A DNA stretch of 63,576 nt, counting the filler, from Octopus bimaculoides (taxonomy: Eukaryota), in the NCBI RefSeq assembly GCF_001194135.2. It is 5 parts of 5 records of this genome, joined end to end, with 100 filler letters (N's around TTAATTAATTAA, not from the genome) between each part and the next. Parts side by side here need not be neighbours in the genome. Positions count along the whole stretch, not along the records: positions 38,336 to 60,912 come from NC_069001.1; positions 61,013 to 62,235 come from NW_026322288.1; positions 62,336 to 63,576 come from NC_068981.1; 2 more parts are not named here. The stretch is one strand, 5' to 3'. The position numbers and the translations under genes were made by a program. Shown here one piece after another: positions 54,563 through 63,576 of this stretch. Numbering within the stretch: the first letter of the stretch is position 1; each line of letters starts with the position of its first letter. The notes below the pieces were generated by a model. That model was not told the DNA's origin. It was given only the letters and a program-made list of their open reading frames with translations, and made no database searches.

Positions 54563-57500
54563 ATACACATATTGATTTCTCTTCGGTTGGCTCAATATCA
54601 ATCTATTTCTATTGGCAATATACATGCTTCAGAGAATCTACACCGTTATAGCGCAGTAGTACATTGTTGTTGCACAGTTCTTCCACATCGGCACTAAATA
54701 GAATAGAGAAAAGAGAAATATACATATAAATAGCATCGTTTATATTCCAGAAGGCAAGCTCAGGGATTGTTTACTGTCTGTGTCATCTATAAACCGTTGA
54801 AGCCCGCCGCTGCTACTTAATATCATATTGATTTATGAGTGTTGTTTTATGTTATGTATTTGAAGACTGGACGCTTGTGAAATGCTCAAATACCGCATCG
54901 AATAATAGCTTTCAATTAGAAATATTCGAAACCTCTCCAACGTAAACCATTCGGCATCAGTATCATTGCTGTTTGTTGTGATGTCGTGTCACGTCAATGC
55001 TTATTACCGTTAAACTTTCTGGCTCAGTGCGGTCTTGAATTTCGTACAAATTACAAACAGCGTTAATGACTAAGCTGCTTCAATGTGATTCAAGAACCTG
55101 CTAGTAAGAATAGCTAAACCCTGGACACAAATCCCAGATAATTGTTGTAAACACGAGGTATACGTTACATGATGTAGGTACTGACATTGCTACAGAATGT
55201 CGGTGTTGCTGCTGAGAAGTGTTCGTCGCAGGTCTGTGAGAAACAGTTTCGAGTTTCAGTGGGATTGCAAGTTCACGTGTGATCCCCGCTCACGTGCATA
55301 GATGAGTGATGTGGTGAACACGTTGGGCGGCGCCAGCTTAATCCATTCCGGGTAAACGCCGCTGAAAGTACGAGTAGCATGATGAACAATACCAATATCA
55401 ATAACTGTATGTAAAATAGGTTGGCCCCAATTGATCTTTCATTGTGCTAGAAATAGCACTTAATAGAACTGGAGATATTGAATAATTCGGTTAGTCCAGC
55501 CTACCATTATCAGCGTTATATATTATATTTGGCGTGGGAATGTCGGTGACCAAGCAGAAGGCTTTCTGTATCGAACAAAATACTAGGCAGTATTTCTTCC
55601 AACACATTACCTTCTTAATTCTAATCCCGCTGCTATCATATTTGCCTTTCATCCATTTGAAGTTGATGAAATAATTACCAGTTGAGCAGTGTATTCCGCA
55701 ATCCACATCCCCTCAAATTCGCTTGTCTTGTGCCAAAATTAGAAAGAATTATGTATGGTACTGTTATTCTCTAGCAACTAGTTTCTGATAGAATAATTAA
55801 TGTCCAATAAATTTCATTACTGTATTGGTGGCGAGCTCGCAGAATCATGAACATGCTGCGCGAAAACTTTAGCGGGATTTCATCCGTCTTCACGTTCTTA
55901 GTTCAAATGTCGCCGAGGTCAGCTTGTACTTTCATCCTTTCGGGGTCGATAAAATAAGTACCAGTCAAGCACTAGGGTTGAAGCAATCAACTTACCCACT
56001 ATCCAAAATTGCTGGCCTTGTACCACACTTTGAAATCAATAATACGGATATTGGTGTGACAATCTTGACTGGAGGTGGCAAAATGTCTTGCAGTTGGTTT
56101 ACGATGTCTCTGGTGTCATCTGGTATTGGTCCCTCAACTTTCTAAGAAAAATAATGCGTCTATGGAGAGCAGGACCTTGCTTCGTGACCGACCTCCAGAA
56201 CATAGCAGTGACTCCAGCATATAAGATCTGAAGAAGGAATTGTAATTCCGAAATATCATCGGACTATAGATAACCAAGTTACAACAGGTATATAGTCCAT
56301 TTTTTGTTCTATAGTGCATTGTTATACCATTTTATTCTTTACAAACAATACTCAATGCTTCAAGCGAACTACAATACTCTCTTAAAGAATAATACTTTCT
56401 TACGCCTGCACTTGAACAACCATTATCGGTGTGTATACTCAGCTGCCCTTTACTGACCGATGCCTTAAGCTCTTCCATAAAAATTCTCAGAACTTCCAAG
56501 ATATGAAAAAAGAATTTTCTTCCTTTATCTCCTAGCTGCTCGTGCTGTAGCATCATGTACTGAATCACAAAAGACATTTTATATGTTACTATCATTCTTC
56601 ATTATTTATTTTTCTGTCGTTAGAAAAGTTGCTTTTATGTTTTACATCTTTTTTGTCTTTATTTTCGTTATTTTGTCGTGGTTTTGGGATGAGAATTCTC
56701 ACTAAACATCAAATGTTCTACCTTCGCTTGACATTAAATCGTCTCTGTCGGTGTATACAGAAATATCAATGTGCTAAGCAGGTAATATAATTAAATGTTG
56801 GAAAACACACACGATTCAATAGCTCAATAAAACCTGTTTTGTTTTCTATAGATTCTTTACTTTTGTTTTTCAGAGATAAAAGAAAAAAAATCAAAACTGT
56901 ATGAAACTAATCCATGTTAACTGATAGCGTGATATTCGCGGAAACCAAAAGTAAAACAGAATTACACAAGTCTTGTACGCCCACACGTTAGCATTTCGTT
57001 CATTTTTGTTCAGAATTTATTTAGGTTTTCGTCAGTACATTTCTCCGCGTAGGAATATTCTGTAACAATAAATTTAATGATCTTAAATTACAAGTTGACG
57101 CTGACTAATTATAGTTCTATTTTCTAGTTTGTTTGTTTTTTTTTATTTTAAAAATATTTAAAAACATTATCGATTATATGTATCTTCGTATTCAATAATA
57201 GGTTTTCTAAAAAGAAATTTTGTTAACTCCAACCACTATAATTCTATTCATATTTTCTTTTTCAGTTCCCCTGCTTTTTTAGTCGGTTAGAGCTGTTTTA
57301 CTTGTAGACATTCGGAATTAATCAAAATTTGTTATTTGTTACTTAATCAAATGTTTGTATTATATTTAAACATTCTCTTAATTATTTCCCTCATTAGAAA
57401 ACGGCGATGTTAGGTTACCACCTCCAAGACATTTAATCGTACATATCAAACCGCTAGAACCTGGTATATTTTACGAAGCTCGCTACCGAGATAGTAAGAC

Positions 57501-59831
57501 AACAGAATCGTCAGCATATTGTAGTAAAAAATGCTCCTGACTCTTTATATTCTGAGTTCAAATCACACCAAGATCGGCTTTTCTTAATCCCCACCTCCAA
57601 CCGGTACTGACTTTGACAATATAGAGTACTGACCTCTTAAATTTACTATCCTTGTGCCAAAGTTTTAAACCTTTACTAAATCTGATAATTATTTCAGCAG
57701 ATGAAAGGCGGTGAGCTGGCAGAATCGTTAGGACTTGGTGTTGTATAAAGTATTTAAAAATTAAATTGCTATGAAAAGAAAATCCTGATATGCCGGATTA
57801 AATGCAGTGTCCGGGGGAAGAGAGACGAAAGTGATGAAAAATATCAAAGACAGATAGAGAAGCAGTGAGGGAGATCTGTGACTGTGTTTGTGTGTGCGTG
57901 TGTGTGAATGCATATATAAACATGTTTGTCGAGGAATAGTACATAATTATCGTAAAAGCATAAGAACTTTATAACATTTATACGACATTAACAGATATAT
58001 GTTTGACGGAACAATTCATTATTAATTTCTCCAAATTCAATTCAATTTTCTTTTATTACTGAAAATTTAAAGACGACCGAGTCTGACGATTGGAATTACA
58101 ATAAAAATAAAACACAAAAGTGTAAAAATAATGTTTTGTAATATAGAATTACCAAAAACAAAATGGAGGGAAAAAAATTAGAATTCAAAGATCTATCTCT
58201 AAAACTATCTTCAAAATACAATTGCTTACTGTATTTTTTTATGTTCCACCAACACTACATTATGTTTTATCATTATAATAATAATAATAATAATTATTAT
58301 TATTATTATTATTTTTATTTGTTATTATTATCTTGTTTATCAAAATCACTCAATATTACAATGCTATAAAAGAACTCAAATTGATAAGAGTTGTATAGAT
58401 AGTGCTGGAATTGTTTCTAAATTAGATGCTTACTTTTTTCTTTCCCAAACGTGTGTCTATATGCCTGTTTAGGTATACATATGTGTGTNNNNNNNNNNNN
58501 NNNNNNNNNNNNNNNNNNNNNNNNNNNNNNNNNNNNNNNNNNNNNNNNNNNNNNNNNNNNNNNNNNNNNNNNNNNNNNNNNNNNNNNNNNNNNNNNNNNN
58601 NNNNNNNNNNNNNNNNNNNNNNNNNNNNNNNNNNNNNNNNNNNNNNNNNNNNNNNNNNNNNNNNNNNNNNNNNNNNNNNNNNNNNNNNNNNNNNNNNNNN
58701 NNNNNNNNNNNNNNNNNNNNNNNNNNNNNNNNNNNNNNNNNNNNNNNNNNNNNNNNNNNNNNNNNNNNNNNNNNNNNNNNNNNNGTGCGTGTATGTATGT
58801 GTCATATATATATATATATAATCATATTGTTTTACACTTATTAAATTTAATTTTGCGTTGTTTCGATTACATTTTTCTCTTTAGCTTCTCGTTAAATACG
58901 ACAATATTGTCATTTATGAATGTGTCACTTCTTCCTGTCGTGATGACTTTAAATAAAAGATAATGTGTTCCCACCGTTTACTATAAACAATTGCAAAGTG
59001 CTACATTGCGCTGTTATCTACGCTGAATTGATATACTTAAATGCTGTTGAATGGTTCTATGTAGAACAGCCAGTTTATAGCTGATGAATTCCGTTTCAGA
59101 ACCTATTTAAATTTCAACCCTTCTTCAATCCCTGTCAACGGGACTAGCTACGAAATTGCTGTTAAAAGGTTCACTTCATTATGTTTTGCGCTTCTAGTTT
59201 ATTTGGCAAGAGGCAGTGGTGTAGTTAATAGGGGAAACAGGGTTTCGATTCCAACCACGAGCTTTTTTTTTTTTTTTATATTTGTCTCCTTGTCAACAAT
59301 TTATTATTTTTAACTTCATTTGTATCATAAAAGTCAAATTATTTTGTCCTTTTCTTTTTTTTTTTTTGCTAATCGCATTTTTTGAAGAAGTTTCCAGAAT
59401 CATTGCTTTATTTGTTCGACCTTCTGCGTATTTGAACTGTCTGCACAATCACTGGTGATGTGTTGGTGGCTGCGAATATCTGAAGAATCAAAACAATCCC
59501 TGACACTGGACGATCCCGTGGAGTTTCACCCTTTTCATGTCAAAACTCTGAGTAGTTGCAAGTTTCATACGTAATGAGATCGTTGCTTAAACATGAAATT
59601 AGTGAATGTAGAATACAATTACGTATATTATAATTAATGAAATATTTCGCGTAACAAAAGAGAAATGAGTTAAACACTATTTGGTATGTATTATAACGCC
59701 TTTTCAGTTATGTCTTCGCTCCTAATAACTTTAGAACCTATCTATGCCTTTGCGAAATGGTCGAATGGATAAAACCAAACACTGATTTGTTTCGGTTGTG
59801 TTACACGTTCTCAGCTCAAGTTGTTGTTGTT

Positions 59832-60003
59832 ACTCCGTCGGTTACGACGACGATTGTTCCAGTTGATTCGGTCAACGGAACAGCCTGCTCGTGAAATTAA
59901 CGTGCAAGTGGCTGAGCACTCCACAGACACGTGTACCCTTAACGTAATTCTCGGGGATATTCAGCGTGACACAGAGTGTGACAAGGCTGGCCCTTTGAAA
60001 CAC
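59832..60003 (-). mobile_element. tRNA-SINE 3' half
   Basis: Reverse complement of the tail of the 31968-32516 copy. Confidence 0.8.
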
Positions 60004-60611
60004 AGGTACTCAGCTCAAGTATACGCTACTAAAAGGAAATGACACAGTGTACGACTACATATATTTCTCTATACAAGACAGCTAGAAACCCGCTAACAAC
60101 GTGAGCTTCTAGAGAAAGCAGGAAGCTGTTCCTTCGTATGAAACGTATTTAAAATGAAGAGCAGAATACATTCGTAAACTGTCGCGACAATCAGATGTTA
60201 TGTGAAGGAGGCTTCATTCGTGACAATAGTTAAACAACATCTGCGGAGACATTTAATATTAATATAGATATAAATGTATTCTAATCTATTATGCATTTTA
60301 CATTGTGTTCATATTATAAGTTTACACACTTGTATTGAAAGCAACAATGCTATATATCTGTGTGAGTCTTGACATATCTATTTATCTATCTATCTATCTT
60401 TCTTTCTTTCTATCTGTCTCTCTATTCATCTGTCTGTCTAACTATGAGTGTGTGCATACGTACATAAATATGTGTGTGTGTCTGGGTATGTATGTTTTTA
60501 CGTATGTATATGTGTGTATGTATGTACATATATATATATATATATGTATATAAAGACATAAATAGTCAGATATGTTAATGATCAGACAGATATAGCTTTA
60601 TACACACACAG

Positions 60612-60643
<32 letters not shown>

Positions 60644-60814
60644 ACGTGCTATCATTACACGCTCACACACACACACATACCTCCTTCTCTTGCACTCTCC
60701 TGTCTTTGAAAAGAAATTTTTCTCCACCCTCTCCCTTCAGGTCATTCCGATATGTGACTGCGTGTGCATCGTTGGCGATTTTCTTTCTCTGTCTTCTCTT
60801 CTTTGGACTTTTCC

Positions 60815-60853
60815 TATATTTCTGACGAAGAACCTCGCTCGAAACGTCATATC
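60815..60853 (+). ncRNA. Minimal hammerhead motif with degenerate stems, same repeat family as 27199
   Basis: TATATTT-CTGACGA-A-GAAC ctc GCTC-GAAAC-GTC-ATAT; core intact, stems I and II mismatched; downstream ttcctgagc.tc.aata..ac matches 27245-27275. Confidence 0.6.
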
Positions 60854-62367
60854 TTCATCCTTTTCTTTTTCCTTTCCTGAGCATCCAATAACACTGTACT
60901 TATTCCACGTCCNNNNNNNNNNNNNNNNNNNNNNNNNNNNNNNNNNNNNNNNNNNNTTAATTAATTAANNNNNNNNNNNNNNNNNNNNNNNNNNNNNNNN
61001 NNNNNNNNNNNNCTATTATTAAGGATATTATGAGGAAATTGGGGAGACTTATTTGCATATTATTAATTGGACTGGCTGTCAAGAATGCATTATATGAAAT
61101 CCCAATTCAAATTGAAACTGGTGTAATTGAATCCTCCTTTCTGTCCACAAAAATATTGTATATGATGACAGGATGTTTACAACTGTCCATTACATGTGGC
61201 ACAAGGCCACAAATTTGAGGGTTTGGTTATAGTCAATTACATCAATCATAGCACGTTGGCTGCAAAAGGATGAAAACCATAGTTAACCTTGGCACTTTAC
61301 TGATTCTGCAACCCACTGCCATTATAAGAGTATATTGAATTTTTAATGCTTTGTTACTTCCTTGTTTAATGTAATACTACTTTTTATTTATGNNNNNNNN
61401 NNNNNNNNNNNNNNNNNNNNNNNNNNNNNNNNNNNNNNNNNNNNNNNNNNNNNNNNNNNNNNNNNNNNNNNNNNNNNNNNNNNNNNNNNNNNNNNNNNNN
61501 TATCAGCAAGATAATCACTTTGTCTCTTAGAGACAGTGCATTGTGATAACGATTTATCTAACAAGAGAGAACTTGTTTGAGTATTGAACTGAATTATTTA
61601 ATTGCAAAGTGTGTGGGAGTGTGTGTGTGTGGGGGAATGTGTGTGTGTGTGTGTGGGAGTGTGTGTGTGTGTGGTATGTGTGGGAGTCGCTGTGCAGTTG
61701 TGTAACATTTCTAATTTTCTAATGTTTATTTTGCAATATTTATTATTTTGAGTATTATTTATGAATGTATGGCATGAAACTGTACCTAGAAACTGAAACC
61801 TGTCAGCAGATCTGGCTTAAGAGCTCATCATTACTTTACAGAACTTGGCCTTGAATACTATATTTAATATTGATTTCTTACATAGATGCACAAGACTTAT
61901 TAATTTTGTAACTGAAGTAATAGAGTTAACTTAATCAACCTAGCATTTTACTAGTGTTCATCGACCTAAACAAAATTCACATCGGTTTGCTGAGATGAGA
62001 TTAAATACTATAAGGTATTTAGTCTTGTTTTGTACATCTCAGTTAATTATGGTGCATGTGTGTGGGTCTCTCTCTATTTAACCACACAAGCATGACTGCA
62101 TGGTTAAGAAGCTTGCTTCCCAACCACATGCTTTTGGGTTCATTCCTACTGCCTAACACCTTTGGCAAGTATTATGTACCATAACCCTGGACTGATCAAA
62201 TCTTTGTAAGTGAATCTGGCAGATGGAGACTGAGANNNNNNNNNNNNNNNNNNNNNNNNNNNNNNNNNNNNNNNNNNNNTTAATTAATTAANNNNNNNNN
62301 NNNNNNNNNNNNNNNNNNNNNNNNNNNNNNNNNNNTATGTATGTATATACGTATACTCATATCCATT

Positions 62368-62398
<31 letters not shown>

Positions 62399-62646
62399 CA
62401 TACAGATAGTTTACACATATATAAACATATATGTGTGTACGCGTGAGTGTAAGTGTGTCTGTATATGTGTGTGTGTTTGTGTAACTTTCTGTTTCTCAAA
62501 ATCCTTTAATTCTTCCTCTCATTTCCAAATGTCCGTGTCTCTTTTCTTCATTCTCCTCTCTGTCTGTCTGTCTCTCCTCCTCCTCTCTCTCTCACGCTCT
62601 ATTGTGTGAATATATGTGTGTATGTGTGTATGTATGTATGTATATA

Positions 62647-62686
<40 letters not shown>

Positions 62687-62937
62687 AGGCGTCCATTTGC
62701 AAGTAAGCTTTAACTATATATATATACACACACACACACATATACATATATATATATAATCATAAATATACAGGGATTAGCATGAGTTGCTTCACCAACA
62801 TACTGAAAATTTAGAAATAGCAGTCAAAGAACTACTGATTCCAAACTACAATTTTTTTCTCTAACGGATGGCGATATTTATGGCACACACAGAACAAAAA
62901 CAGAAGAGAAAAGCAAAAACAAACCTGCCTTTAGTTA

Positions 62938-62999
62938 ATCGTGTACGACGTTTCACGGTTAAGAGTATAAAATTACTCAATTCTGATCATCAGCACAAT
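62938..62999 (-). ncRNA. Type I hammerhead ribozyme with an intact catalytic core
   Basis: Minus strand: ATTGTG-CTGATGA-TCAGAATT GAGTA atttta TACTC TTAACCGT-GAAAC gtc GTA-CACGAT. 6-bp stem I (one G.U), GUA site, imperfect extended stem II. Confidence 0.7.
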
Positions 63000-63576
63000 A
63001 TTCTATAAATTTGAAAGTGTCTATGTACTCATGGGAATTTGACCCTGCGACATCAAAAACATATTCTATTACTAATTGGCAATTCCCTGCCCTATATCTG
63101 TACATATATATATATATATATATATATANNNNNNNNNNNNNNNNNNNNNNNNNNNNNNNNNNNNNNNNNNNNNNNNNNNNNNNNNNNNNNNNNNNCCCCC
63201 TCTCCCTAGTTCTCTCTCTCTTCTTCTCCCCCCTCTCTCTCTCTCTCTTCATCTTTCGTTCTTTCTCCTATTCACATCTATTACACCATCTATTTCGTTC
63301 GGATTTTCTTCTTGTTCCCAACCACGCCACTAACACCGTCAAATACAACCACCACACCCACCACCACCACTACCACCTACACAACTACCATTACAGCCAC
63401 CGATACCACTGCCACATCAACACCACTACTGTCACTTAGTCATTGCTATGACCACCAGCGACTACCACCAGCGCCACCCACAACAATAGCAACAACAAAC
63501 AAAATTATCGTCTTCATCACCATTACCACCACCTCCAGTCACCAACGAGCAATAAGGGATCTTCTGATTCGTCGTT

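Noticed and set aside
55186-55404. Selenoprotein reading of the in-frame TGA
   Set aside because: No SECIS or homology visible; a gtgagc donor upstream of the TGA is a simpler explanation.

Overview
AT-rich, microsatellite-dense animal genomic DNA with about 10% N gaps. The SINE and microsatellite landscape looks like an octopus (coleoid cephalopod) assembly; the species is inferred, not proven. The only host coding sequence I can support is two minus-strand exons (23278-23404 and 21774-21901) that splice in frame into the FN3-1/FN3-2 region of an Anosmin-1 (ANOS1/KAL1) homolog. Everything else is probably intronic or intergenic. It holds five R4/Dong-like RLE retrotransposon fragments, four of them clustered in (TAA)n arrays, plus two internally deleted mariners with intact TIRs and Penelope-like relics. 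It also holds degenerate CR1-type LINEs, a Tigger fragment, Helentron-type HINEs, a piggyBac MITE, a foldback MITE and many tRNA-derived SINEs. The most interesting signal is a set of 4-5 hammerhead-ribozyme motifs of different architectures. One of them (62938-62999, minus strand) keeps the full catalytic core. Nearly all ORFs in the supplied track are microsatellite or gap artefacts. Protein and RNA family assignments are by motif recognition from memory; no database search or folding program was run.
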